Shown in pieces: positions 34,161 to 44,332 of a stretch of DNA of 64,000 nucleotides. A program made the translations under genes and the position numbers. The stretch comes from Calditrichia bacterium. GTDB taxonomy: Bacteria; Calditrichota; Calditrichia; JAJRVZ01. The first letter of the stretch is position 1; each line of letters begins with the position of its first letter. The notes beneath the pieces are model-generated. The model was not told where the DNA came from. It did not search any database and was given only the letters and a program-made list of their open reading frames with translations. The stretch is from positions 160,001 to 224,000 of the forward strand of contig CAWCNS010000004.1 of the NCBI GenBank assembly GCA_963796965.1, read 5' to 3'.

Positions 34161-34400
34161 TTGAATATTCTCCGAAGGAGTCCTTTGGACAATATTCATT
34201 TGTTATGATCCGGATGAAATGGCATTTCAAAGACAAAAGACAAAAGAAAAAATAGTCCACGAATTACCCGAATTTCCACAAATAAAGATGGAGTTCTATT
34301 TTCATACCTGATTATCCATCTGATAGGGTTCTCTTGCTATATAATCAAAAACATTATGTTTAATTAATATAATTAGTGGAAATTCGTGTAATTCGTGGAC
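34161..34400. repeat. AATATTC repeat interrupted by a 20-bp palindrome, plus a CCACGAATT-family element
   Basis: ttgaatattc[tccgaaggagtcctttggac]aatattcatt; gtccacgaattacccgaatttccacaaat (34255) ... attagtggaaattcgtgtaattcgtggac (34400). Confidence 0.82.
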
Positions 34401-34419
34401 AAAAAATTAAGGGTAAAAC

Positions 34420-36021
34420 TTGGTTGAATTTCAACTGCTGGATTGGATTTGGGTTTCTGTCTTCATATTGATAATGGTTGGATCAGGAATCCTCTTCTAT
34501 CGTCTTGGTAAAAGGTCTGAGGCTGATTTCTTCCTGGCTGGGAGAGGTTTACCCTGGTGGCTGCCGGCATCCTCCGTTTATGCAACACATACGGCAACAG
34601 ATACGCCAATGTGGATTACCGGTGTTATCTATAAATATGGTGTTGCCGGTATATGGTATGCTTTCTTTCCGGCCTGGTGTGCCATAAGCGCTTTTGTATC
34701 TACCCGAATTTTTAGGCGTTCACTTGCCTATACCCAAGGTGAATGGAATACGCTCCGTTTTGGAGGATTGGGTGCTGAACTTCTCCGTGGTTGGTTATCC
34801 GGTTGGCAGGTTTTTATGAATATGTTCATTCTTGGCTGGATTGGTATGGCCATGGGAAAGGTATGTAATCTCCTTTTTGGATGGGATCTTTGGGTAGGAA
34901 TGGTTTTATTTTCATCCATAACGGCCATCTATGTGGTAGCATCGGGTTATTGGGGTGTAATTATGGCAGACTTCCTGCAAGGTATTATTGCCTTTTCAAT
35001 GATCGTTATTGTTTCGGTCTGGTGTATCCTTGCTGCGGGTGGTCCGAATGGAATTGTGGCAAAACTTACTGTCATGGGTGAAACCTGGCGGTTAAACCCT
35101 TTTGCCTTTACAGGTTGGTTTAGTGGTGACTTTCCCTTTGCCTGGTTCCTTACCATGTTGGTCATTGCCGTGATTGGGGGATTTGGTATGGGAACCAACC
35201 TCGACTGGTATGTAGAAGCACAACGCATTCAAAGTGCTAAGACAGTTAGGGATGCCAGTTATAGCATTTGGTGGGGGGCTTTGCTGGTCTTAATACGAAA
35301 TTCCATATGGGCAGTAGCAATTTTGGGATTCTTTGTGTTATTCCCAAATATTCCGGAAACAGCAGATTATGAAATGGGATGGTTTCGACTTGGTTTTGCT
35401 TATTTACCTGTTGGAATGGTGGGTTTTTTCTTTGCAGCGATTGTCGCGATTCATATATCCTCCGTTTCTTCTATTCTGAATTTAGGTGCTATGTATTTTA
35501 CCCGCGATCTGTATTTACATTATTTAAAACCAAAAGCCACAGAGAAGGAATTAATCTGGATCGGTAGAGGAGCGACTGTTATTTTATTGGTCGGATCCTT
35601 TTTTTATGGTCTCATGATGAAGGAAATTACATCATGGCTTATTTTTGCTTTATGGCTAATGGCTGCCGGGATTTGGCTTCCGAATATTCTCCAGGTCGTT
35701 TGGTGGCGGTTTAATGCCTGGGGATATCTTTCCTCGTGGATTGCAAATTTAGGGCTTAGCTGGCTGGTTGTATGGATTTTACCCCATTTTGGTATTCTTC
35801 CCGGTTTGGCAGATTATCAGCAATTCTGGTTATTGATGCTATTAGGGGCATTAATTTTTATTCCTGTTACATTTCTGACCAAACCGGAGAAAATGGACCA
35901 CCTTGTAAAGTATTATGTCATGTCACGACCGATCGGTTGGTGGAAACCTATTAAGGCCGAAGCAGAACGTCGGGGATTGCTTGACAACCTTAAAGAAATT
36001 GGTCAGGAGGCGTCCCTATGA
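34420..36021 (+). CDS. Sodium:solute symporter family protein
   Basis: DFFLAGRGLPWW, ATHTATDTP, G.WGV..ADF.Q, AQRIQSAK; 13-14 TM segments; TTG start. Confidence 0.88.
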   Translation: MVEFQLLDWIWVSVFILIMVGSGILFYRLGKRSEADFFLAGRGLPWWLPASSVYATHTATDTPMWITGVIYKYGVAGIWYAFFPAWCAISAFVSTRIFRRSLAYTQGEWNTLRFGGLGAELLRGWLSGWQVFMNMFILGWIGMAMGKVCNLLFGWDLWVGMVLFSSITAIYVVASGYWGVIMADFLQGIIAFSMIVIVSVWCILAAGGPNGIVAKLTVMGETWRLNPFAFTGWFSGDFPFAWFLTMLVIAVIGGFGMGTNLDWYVEAQRIQSAKTVRDASYSIWWGALLVLIRNSIWAVAILGFFVLFPNIPETADYEMGWFRLGFAYLPVGMVGFFFAAIVAIHISSVSSILNLGAMYFTRDLYLHYLKPKATEKELIWIGRGATVILLVGSFFYGLMMKEITSWLIFALWLMAAGIWLPNILQVVWWRFNAWGYLSSWIANLGLSWLVVWILPHFGILPGLADYQQFWLLMLLGALIFIPVTFLTKPEKMDHLVKYYVMSRPIGWWKPIKAEAERRGLLDNLKEIGQEASL

Positions 36022-36317
36022 AATGGATTAAACGTAAATGGACGCCTAGGGAAGCAGATGAATGGACAAAAGAAGACTGGATGGTGATTGTCCTATCTCC
36101 TACTGCCTATTTTCTTATTGCTATTGGTGTTGCCGGAACTTTTCTTCTTCAAATTTGGGGATATTTAACCCTGGCCCTTGGTATAATTGTCATCATACTG
36201 ATGCACTGGATCATTAATCCAAAACTGAGTATGATCTCATCTGAATTTGAAAAACATCAGAAAGAATATCTGGTAGAGTTAGAAAAAAAGGCTCGCTGGG
36301 AGAAAAACGATGGATAG
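36018..36317 (+). CDS. Small 2-TM membrane protein
   Basis: AGGAGG RBS, ATGA overlap with the SSS gene, two TM helices. Confidence 0.78.
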   Translation: MKWIKRKWTPREADEWTKEDWMVIVLSPTAYFLIAIGVAGTFLLQIWGYLTLALGIIVIILMHWIINPKLSMISSEFEKHQKEYLVELEKKARWEKNDG

Positions 36318-36429
36318 TGCTTTAGGAATTGTTATCGGTATGAGTATCGCCTATTTTGCCTCTTTTCTTGGTCTGGCCTTGGCTTGGTATGCATATCGAA
36401 AACACAGGAAAGAGGAAAAAGAATCGTGA
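36310..36429 (+). CDS. 39-aa single-TM protein (MDSALGIVIGMSIAYFASFLGLALAWYAYRKHRKEEKES), absent from the ORF track
   Basis: GGAG RBS, overlaps the upstream stop, TM helix followed by a basic tail, GTGA overlap with the next ORF. Confidence 0.65.
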   Translation: MDSALGIVIGMSIAYFASFLGLALAWYAYRKHRKEEKES

Positions 36430-36590
36430 GAACTCTGATGTTGTTGAATACACCAAATGATAAAATCGGTGATCCGATTTTAGGTATCATAATACCGGGT
36501 GCTATATTATTGTTGTCAATTTTCGTTACCTGGGCACTCTATAAACATTTTTCCAAAATGGGCGAAGAAAAAGACCAAAGTAAAGACTAA
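36426..36590 (+). CDS. About 54-aa single-TM protein
   Basis: GTG start coupled to the upstream stop, GAGG RBS, TM segment ILGIIIPGAILLLSIFVTWALY. Confidence 0.62.
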   Translation: MRTLMLLNTPNDKIGDPILGIIIPGAILLLSIFVTWALYKHFSKMGEEKDQSKD

Positions 36591-36593
36591 TTT

Positions 36594-36748
36594 GTCCACG
36601 AATTACACGAATTACACGAATTATTTCAAATTTCACAAATTATATTCAGAGAATTTAAGCGTTTTTTTAAATCTTAAAATACTGGAGTTTGAAACATAGC
36701 ATTAAAAATTAGTGAAATTCGTTTTTTTTAATTCGTGCAATTAGTGGA
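36594..36748. repeat. Inverted-repeat element, CCACGAATT family
   Basis: gtccacgaattacacgaattacacgaatt ... aattagtgaaattcg..aattcgtgcaattagtgga. Confidence 0.82.
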
Positions 36749-36788
36749 AAAGAGCGCGAGCAGACTTTGTTTTACAAGGAATATTTGA

Positions 36789-37505
36789 ATGCAGATATTA
36801 AAAGATTTATATCAGGTTGGTGGTGATCTTAACGGTATTACCTGGGATGGGATGGATGCAGGTTATAATGATTGTAATACATATGTCTTAAAGCGACCGG
36901 AAGGATTAATACTTTTTGATTGTGGCTGTGGCGATACCATGGATCAGATTTATGCCAATATGAAATACTGGGATTTGGATCCCGAAGAAATTAAGTATTG
37001 TCTGTTAACTCATCCACATTTGGACCATGCCGGTGGCGGGCATATCCTCAAGAATAATGGCGTGGAAATGGTTGCTGTCTTCCAAACAGCAGATGCGGTA
37101 GCCAAAGGTGATGAACGATGTTGCCCCTATCTTTACCATAAAAGTTTCAAGCCCTTTACTGTTGACAGGATTATTGTAGATGGAGAAAAAATCAACCTAT
37201 TTGATATGACGTTTGAAGTCATGCATCTGCCCGGGCATAGTATGGGTTGTACGGCATATTCCTTTAACTATGAGGGCAAAAATATCGTGGTCAGTGGCGA
37301 TGTTATCGGCACGCTTTTAGTAGGGGCGTTTGGGTGGAGTGGCTCAATAGATTTTGATCGTGAGGTATATTTAAAATCTTTAAAGCGATTTTCCAAAGTA
37401 GATTCTGACATGATGTTACCTGGCCATGGTCTGATCTATTTTCATAAACCCAGGCGTCGGGTAGAAGAGTCCTTAAATATTGCCCTGATGGAATGGCGGA
37501 AATAA
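36789..37505 (+). CDS. MBL-fold metallo-hydrolase
   Basis: THPHLDH (HxHxDH), PGHS, SGD, PGHG. Confidence 0.9.
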   Translation: MQILKDLYQVGGDLNGITWDGMDAGYNDCNTYVLKRPEGLILFDCGCGDTMDQIYANMKYWDLDPEEIKYCLLTHPHLDHAGGGHILKNNGVEMVAVFQTADAVAKGDERCCPYLYHKSFKPFTVDRIIVDGEKINLFDMTFEVMHLPGHSMGCTAYSFNYEGKNIVVSGDVIGTLLVGAFGWSGSIDFDREVYLKSLKRFSKVDSDMMLPGHGLIYFHKPRRRVEESLNIALMEWRK

Positions 37506-37689
37506 GAAAAAAGAAAAAAGACAAAATAATCCACGAATTCACGCAATCCACTGATTATCTTTGATTACATATTTTATATTGGAGTGTTTTGAAACAGACT
37601 TACGCCCGATAGATAACTGATCTATAAAGAAGTATTTAAATTTAATTGTAATATGTGCTGATTTGACAAAATATTATGAGAAACGATTG

Positions 37690-38692
37690 GTGATTAAATA
37701 TTCAATCATCGTTTTAATTTAACTTGCTCGTTAGTTTATTGAGCTGTGGTCAAAAAGAATCCAGTGAAAAGGACATACTCATCTCTGTGATTCCAAAGGG
37801 AACCAGTCATGTTTTTTGGCAATCTGTTCATGCTGGTGCAGTCAAAGCTGCAAAAGAATTGAAAATCAAAATAAACTGGGTGGGCACAGATCGCGAAGAT
37901 GATCGCCAGCAACAAATTGCTCTGATTGACAACCAGGTTATGAATGAAGTAGATGGAATTGTTTTAGCCCCTCTGGACGCAATTGCTTTGCGTAGACCTG
38001 TCCAGAATGCCGCTAATAAGGGTGTTCCCGTCGTTATTATTGATTCAGGATTGAAGGATGCCGAAGATATTTACACTAGTTTTGTAGCCACAGATAACAA
38101 GGAAGGTGGTCGCGTGGCTGCCAGAAAATTAGCTGGTTTACTCAACGGAACAGGACGGGTGGTATTACTGCGTTATAATGAGGGATCGGCAAGTACTGAA
38201 AATCGTGAAGAGGGCTTTCTGGAAGTTATGAAAGAGTATGCTGACATTAAAATAATAAGTTCGGAACAGTATGCTGGTGTAACACGTGCTTCAGCACAAC
38301 AGGCAAGCGAAAATTTACTCCTCCGGTTTACAGATGGATCAGGTAAACTTGCCATTGATGGTATATTTACACCGAATATTTCAACAACCTATGGTATGCT
38401 TTTAGCCTTAAGAAGAAAAAAAGTAGCCGGTACAATCGCCTTCGTTGGTTTTGATTCAGAAGGTCCCGCTGTCGAGGCTGTAAAGACAGGTGAAATTTCA
38501 GGATTGGTTGTGCAAGATCCCTTTAAGATGGGTTATCTCGGTGTTAAAACGATGTTAAAAAAATTGAATAATGAAGATGTAGCAAAGAGAATAGATACAG
38601 GGGTAACTTTTGTGGAAGCCACAGATCTGGAGCGTCCTGAAATTAAAGAGCTTGTCTATCCTGATTTAGAAAAATGGTTGAATGATCAATGA
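37690..38692 (+). CDS. Sugar ABC transporter substrate-binding lipoprotein (RbsB-like); apparent frameshift in the signal peptide near 37720
   Basis: IPKGTSHVFWQSV, VVIIDS, ATDN, REEGF, VGFD, VQDPFKMGY; lipobox LLSC. GTG 37690 gives a signal-peptide N-region out of frame by one base. Confidence 0.85.
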
Positions 38693-40221
38693 TCGATCGA
38701 ACCACACCAACTCCAGCATTACAAATGGAGAACATCTCTAAGAGCTTTGGACCAACAAAAGCTTTAGAAGGAGTAAATTTTGATATTGCTAAAGCTGAAG
38801 TACATGCGCTGGTTGGGGAGAACGGAGCAGGTAAAAGCACCCTGATGAAAATATTATCGGGTGTATGTGAAGCTGATGAGGGAAAAATTTACCTGGGTGA
38901 TAAATTATACCAACCACGGAATCCCTTTGATGGTCGTAAAAATGGGATTGCAATGATATATCAGGAGCTTTCGCTGGCTCCCCACTTAACGGTTGCGGAA
39001 AATATTTGTTTAGGAAATGAGCCTTTAAAGATGGGCCTTATCGATCGGGAGGCTATGAGAAAGCGTGCCCTTGAGACATTACACTATTTTGAACATCCGG
39101 AGATAAAGCCGGACCTAAAAGTTCAAGATTTACCTGTAAATGCTCAACAATTAGTTGAAATTGCCCGCGCCCTTGCTTTGGGCTGTAAAATTCTGGTGTT
39201 TGATGAGCCAACAAGTAGTTTGTCTACGACGGATGCCAAAAGACTTTTCGAAATTATAGATATGCTGAGTAAACAGGGCATATCAATTGTCTATATTTCA
39301 CATTTTTTGGAAGAAGTGAAATCTATTGCAGACAGACTAACGGTACTACGTGATGGGAGGGTTATAGGAACCCATGAAGTCTCTGCTGTATCGACGGATG
39401 ATATTGTCAAGATGATGGTTGGTCGAAATGTACATGATCTCTATCCCCATTCAAACAGGACAAGTGGAGAAGAAATATTGAATATCCGCCAACTGGAGGG
39501 GATAAAAATGCCACGAAATGTTTCCTTGAAAATTAACAGGGGGGAGGTTGTTGGGATATTTGGGTTGGTTGGAGCAGGTCGTACAGAGTTCTTTCGTTCA
39601 CTTTTTGGTTTAGATCCGATTCAAAAGGGAGAGATAAAATTTGTCTGTTATGAAGGTGCAGCAGATCCCCCTAAGAGATGGCTGCAGGGCATGGGAATGA
39701 TGAGCGAAAATCGTAAAGAAGAAGGCCTGGTAAAAGGTATGAGCATTGCTGACAATATTACTATGTCTAAACTTAATGGATTTGGATCTCTGGGGTTAAT
39801 CTTTCCTAAAAAACAGCACCAGAGTGTCCAAAGATGGATTGGGAACCTGGATATACGCTGTAATGGACCTGAGCAATCAATAGACGATTTATCAGGAGGG
39901 AACCAACAGAAAGCGGTTTTTGCACGATTGCTCCAACACGATGTGGATTTATTTCTTCTTGATGAACCAACCCGGGGGATTGATGTTGGATCTAAGGCAA
40001 AAATATATGAGGCCATTAATCAATTGGCAGTTGATATCGATGACAAAGGCCGTCCTCGTAAAGCTGTTCTGGTTATTAGCAGTTATATGCCGGAATTGCT
40101 TGGTATTTGTGATAGAATTGCTGTTATGCATAAGGGAGAGCTTAGCGAATTAAAAAATGTTGATCAGGTAGATAAACATTCCCTCATGGCTGCAGCGACG
40201 GGCCAAGCAGCAATTGGATAA
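38689..40221 (+). CDS. Sugar ABC transporter ATP-binding protein (RbsA-like, two domains)
   Basis: GENGAGKST, FDEPT, ISH, LSGGNQQK, LDEPTRGIDVG. Confidence 0.93.
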   Translation: MIDRTTPTPALQMENISKSFGPTKALEGVNFDIAKAEVHALVGENGAGKSTLMKILSGVCEADEGKIYLGDKLYQPRNPFDGRKNGIAMIYQELSLAPHLTVAENICLGNEPLKMGLIDREAMRKRALETLHYFEHPEIKPDLKVQDLPVNAQQLVEIARALALGCKILVFDEPTSSLSTTDAKRLFEIIDMLSKQGISIVYISHFLEEVKSIADRLTVLRDGRVIGTHEVSAVSTDDIVKMMVGRNVHDLYPHSNRTSGEEILNIRQLEGIKMPRNVSLKINRGEVVGIFGLVGAGRTEFFRSLFGLDPIQKGEIKFVCYEGAADPPKRWLQGMGMMSENRKEEGLVKGMSIADNITMSKLNGFGSLGLIFPKKQHQSVQRWIGNLDIRCNGPEQSIDDLSGGNQQKAVFARLLQHDVDLFLLDEPTRGIDVGSKAKIYEAINQLAVDIDDKGRPRKAVLVISSYMPELLGICDRIAVMHKGELSELKNVDQVDKHSLMAAATGQAAIG

Positions 40222-40257
40222 CCAGAGAAAGTTACTTTTCTCCCAGTAATGATCTAT

Positions 40258-40412
40258 ATCCACGAATTATCCGTCTTTGCCGGATCCCGTCCTAGCCGGG
40301 CAGGCAGGCTTTGCCTGACACAGATCAACTCGATTTTTTATAATTTAATTAACAATAACGAAAATTTGTGGAATTATTTTTGATTGTGACCTGGGCTGTG
40401 TCAGTGACAAGC
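40258..40412. repeat. Degenerate composite repeat region
   Basis: atccacgaatt arm, cctagccgggcaggcaggc, cctgacacag.. / ..ctgtgtcag. Confidence 0.5.
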
Positions 40413-40442
40413 CATACATATTAATAAAAGTAGATTTTTCAT

Positions 40443-41418
40443 ATGAACGTAAAAATTTTAACAAACGCCAGATTGCGCAAAATTAATCTTAGCACATTTG
40501 GCCCATTAATCGCCTTTATTCTTGTCTATGGTTTTTTTGCAATTCTTAATGCAAAAATTTTATCGTTAACTGCAATAGAAACAATTATTCAACAGACGGT
40601 GATTGTTGGTATTGGTGCTATAGGGATGACTTTTGTTATTATATCAGGAGGAATCGATCTTTCTGTCGGTTCAATAATAGCTGATGGGATCCGTAGCAGT
40701 AGCATTTTTGATGCAAACATTTGGACTGGATCCATTTCTTGCAGCAATAGGAGGCATCTTTATAGGTTTATTATGGGGCTTTATTAATGGTGTTCTAATC
40801 GCCAGGTTTAAAATGGTCCCTTTTATTGTTACCCTTGGCACCTTGTTAGTTGTGCGAGGCGTGGCAAAAGGTATGGCACACAGTATGCCGATTAACACGG
40901 GGTATACATGGCTAAGTGACCTATTAGCAGCACTGCCACAATCTCAAAAATGGCAACTTATACCACCAGGCGCCTGGTTAATGATTCTCTTGGCATTCCT
41001 GATGGTAGCGGTCTTAAAATTTTTGCCCATTGGTCGTCATGTTTTTGCAATTGGTTCAAGTGAACAGACAGCCCGCCTCTGTGGTATAGCCGTTGAGAAA
41101 GTCAAAATATTTGTTTATACACTGTGTGGAGGGTTTGCCGGTTTAGGCGGCCTTATGCTCATGTCATATCAGGAACAGGGCGATCCAACAGCAGCTCTGG
41201 GGTTGGAACTGGATGTTATTGCTGCCGTGGTTATTGGAGGGGGAAGCTTATCCGGTGGTGAAGGGTCAATCCAAGGGAGTATAGTCGGGGCAATCATCAT
41301 GACGGTTATCCGTACGGGTTGTCAGCTTAATGGATGGCCAACATGGGTTACACAAGTGGTAACGGGGGCCGTTATCGTCATAGCTGTTGCTGTTGACAGA
41401 ATACGTCACAATAAATAA
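40443..41418 (+). CDS. Sugar ABC transporter permease (RbsC-like); frameshift near 40683
   Basis: GGIDLSVGS, PFIVTLG, GRHVFAIG, ELDVIAAVVIGGGSLSGG. Confidence 0.9.
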
Positions 41419-41445
41419 TATATTTATTCGGAGATTAAAATTATT

Positions 41446-42847
41446 ATGGAATTTTTAAGACATTTTAGATATGTAATAATAGTGTTGTTTGGGGGAATTA
41501 TCATGATAGGATGTTCCGGCAAACAAGTCACAGATATCACTTTTGTACCAATGAATGAACGACAAATAACTTCTTCTGCAAAGACTCATGCCCTTGATAA
41601 TAATGACAATTTTTCACCTGACGGTCGATTTTTATGTTATGACACCCGAGCAACTGTGTTTAACACGGACCTTGCTAATTGCAAAACAATAGAAAAGGTT
41701 GAAATAAGCACGGGTAAGGAAACAATCTTATGGGATCCACCCTTTATTACCGGAGAAGAGCTGCGCCCGGGGTAGCTGCAGTTTCCTGGCATCCATTTGA
41801 GGATAAAGTGGTTTTTATTCATGGACCTTTATTGGAGGAAGTGGAAGGCCGGGGTTTTTATGATAAACCCAACCGCACAGGCATTGAAGTTAGTGCAGAT
41901 GGTGAAAAGAAGATAACAAAGGTTGATATGAGAGATGTGGAAACCACACGCCCAACCATTTCCGGAGCGCATAGGGGGGGGACACACCGCCATGAATATT
42001 CCCGAAACGGTCAGCGGATTGGATTCACATATGATGATTTTTTATTAAGACAATTTGATCGAACGATTGGCTATCTGGAAATTCACCCCCGGTCCCCAAA
42101 AGGATATACTCATTATTTCGCTTTATTAGTTAAACCTACAGAAAAAGGAAAATCACTTCCCGGAGAAATTGAAAAAGCCTATGATGACTCCTGGGTTGAT
42201 ACTAAAGGAAATAAAAGAGCGTTTATTGCAAAAATCAGATCGGAAGATGGGATTGGATATGATACCTCTTTATGTGTCGTAGAAATTTCTGATCAGGTTG
42301 ATATTACAACAGCTGTTGCCGGGAATGCGACAACATATCCAAGGCCACCCGAAGGGCTTCAAATAAAGCGAATAACCCATTCAGGCTGGGCCGGTGGGGT
42401 TGTAAGGGGTTCATATGATGGTAACCACATTGCCTATCTTTATAGAGACGAGAAGGGTGTAAACCAGATATATATTGTTGCGGCAGATGGATCGGACCAA
42501 GACCCGGACCCTTCAAAGAAACCAAAACGGGTCACAAAGTTAGAGCAAGATGCGACAAATATCCGTTGGCATCCTTCGGGTAAGTGGGTGTTATGTCTTA
42601 GTGGTGGAAATGTTTTGGTAGCCAATGTTGAAGATGGAGGTTCATTTGGGAAATCGTTTTGGTTGAGCAATGATAATTCCAATCGTGGAGATTTAGTTGT
42701 TTCCCCGACGGTAATCTGTTGGCTTATGTGATTCGACGTCCTACCAAGAACAGCCAGGGGCAACCTGCCAAAGATGTGGAAGGAAAAGATTTTAGACAAA
42801 TCTTTACCATGGAAGTAGATTGGAAAAAACTCAAGGTTGGTATTTGA
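41446..42847 (+). CDS. DUF3748/YidR-like beta-propeller lipoprotein; frameshifts near 41760 and 42708
   Basis: Lipobox MIGC; NFSPDGRFLCYDTR, VFIHGP, GGTHRHEYS..IGFTYDD are YidR-like. The third frame continues SPDGNLLAYV..DFRQIF to a TGA at 42845-42847. Confidence 0.75.
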
Positions 42848-43115
42848 TCCGGTAAAAAAGATAAACTGGTTGCGCGAGAGGTTAATGGTAATGACCAGTT
42901 GATTTACTCTCGCAAAGTCGCCAAGGAATATAGAAAAAACATCAATGAATTTCAAAAAAGATAAATTAAACATGCAAAAATATTTTTGCATGGATGATAA
43001 TATCTCTGAGTGAATTTTTTTCTTTTTTCCTTTTTCTTTGTTCTCTATAGAACCTGAAGAGAAATACAGATTAGTATAAAAATGGGATTATTTTATTGTA
43101 TTACGAAAGGTAATC

Positions 43116-44126
43116 ATGGCAGCAACTCTTAAAGATGTCGCAAAACTTGCAGAAGTACATCACTCAACAGTTTCCAGGGTTCTGAGAGGGAATGAGGATC
43201 TAAGAATCCCGGAGGATACACGTCAGAAAATATTTTCTGCTGCAAAAGAACTCAATTATCATCCTGATCAGACGGCAAGATCGTTACGGCTTAAAAAAAG
43301 TTTTAGTTTTGGATTAATCGTCCCTGATATCACCAATCCGTTTTTTGCAAGAATTGCCAGAAGTATAGAAATATGTAGTTATGAAACTGGTTATACGGGT
43401 ATCGTTTGTAATACAGACGAAGATCAAAAAAAAGAAATCCATTTTATTAATGAACTCTTAAGTCGTGGAATTGATGGTTTAATTATTGCACCTGTACAGG
43501 ACTCAATCGATCATCTGAGAGATCTCAAAGAACAGAAATTTCCCTTTGTTTTGGTAGATAGGTTTTTTGACGAAATGGAAACCAATGCTGTCGTTAGCAA
43601 TAATGAGGATTCAGCCTATGCTGCTGTAGAATATCTGCATGACCTTGGTCATCGTCGGATTGCCATGATCCAGGGTCGAAACAAAATATATACAATCGAA
43701 AAGAGATTAATTGGTTATCAGAGGGCTGTAATTGATTTAAATCTTGATGATTCTCCAGGGTTGATTGCCGGGGATGGATTTAGATTGGAGGACGGATATG
43801 ATGCCGCAATGGCTGTATTAAGACTTGATAAACGGCCAACGGCTATGTTAGTGTCCGGTAATTTGGTTTCCGTGGGAGTACTCAAAGCAATTCTGGATAG
43901 TGGTTTAAAGATTCCTGACGATATATCTATCATAGCCTATGCAGATAGTGTTTTTTCACCCTATCTTGTAACACCTCTAACGACTGTATCTCATCCGCTT
44001 TTAGAGATGGGTGATAGAGCATTCTTTTTGCTTAAGGAACACATGGAATCTACAATTCCAATTTCCTATTCCAAAATTGTTGTACAGTCAAAGTTTGAGG
44101 TCAGGCAATCCGTAAAACAATTATAA
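43116..44126 (+). CDS. LacI-family transcriptional regulator
   Basis: HTH TLKDVAKLAEVHHSTVSRVL, hinge ARSLR, PDITNPFF, GHRRIA, IPDDISII, LTTV. Confidence 0.95.
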   Translation: MAATLKDVAKLAEVHHSTVSRVLRGNEDLRIPEDTRQKIFSAAKELNYHPDQTARSLRLKKSFSFGLIVPDITNPFFARIARSIEICSYETGYTGIVCNTDEDQKKEIHFINELLSRGIDGLIIAPVQDSIDHLRDLKEQKFPFVLVDRFFDEMETNAVVSNNEDSAYAAVEYLHDLGHRRIAMIQGRNKIYTIEKRLIGYQRAVIDLNLDDSPGLIAGDGFRLEDGYDAAMAVLRLDKRPTAMLVSGNLVSVGVLKAILDSGLKIPDDISIIAYADSVFSPYLVTPLTTVSHPLLEMGDRAFFLLKEHMESTIPISYSKIVVQSKFEVRQSVKQL

Positions 44127-44332
44127 ATATAAAATGTAGAATTTTGAATTTAAAATAGGGATTAGGAATTTGGAATTAGAGGTAGGGATCTTCCTGAATG
44201 AAGATATCAACCTTCAATGAAGGAAGATTCTCATCTCGAGACGCGATCCCGTTCCGGGACAGATTGACTACCGTAAAAAAATTATCTTTGTTTTTATGTG
44301 AATAATAATTATAAAAAAGAGGAAACAATAAT

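Noticed and set aside
36789..37505. Metallo-beta-lactamase resistance gene
   Set aside because: No signal peptide, and the context is sugar catabolism; only the generic MBL fold is supported.
37680..37689. Additional LacI operator (GAAACGATTG) before the ABC operon
   Set aside because: Two mismatches to the core and weak symmetry; could arise by chance in AT-rich DNA.
42440..42991. 183-aa minus-strand ORF and the many other short overlapping or antisense ORFs in the track
   Set aside because: They are shadows of well-supported + strand genes and carry no recognisable motifs.
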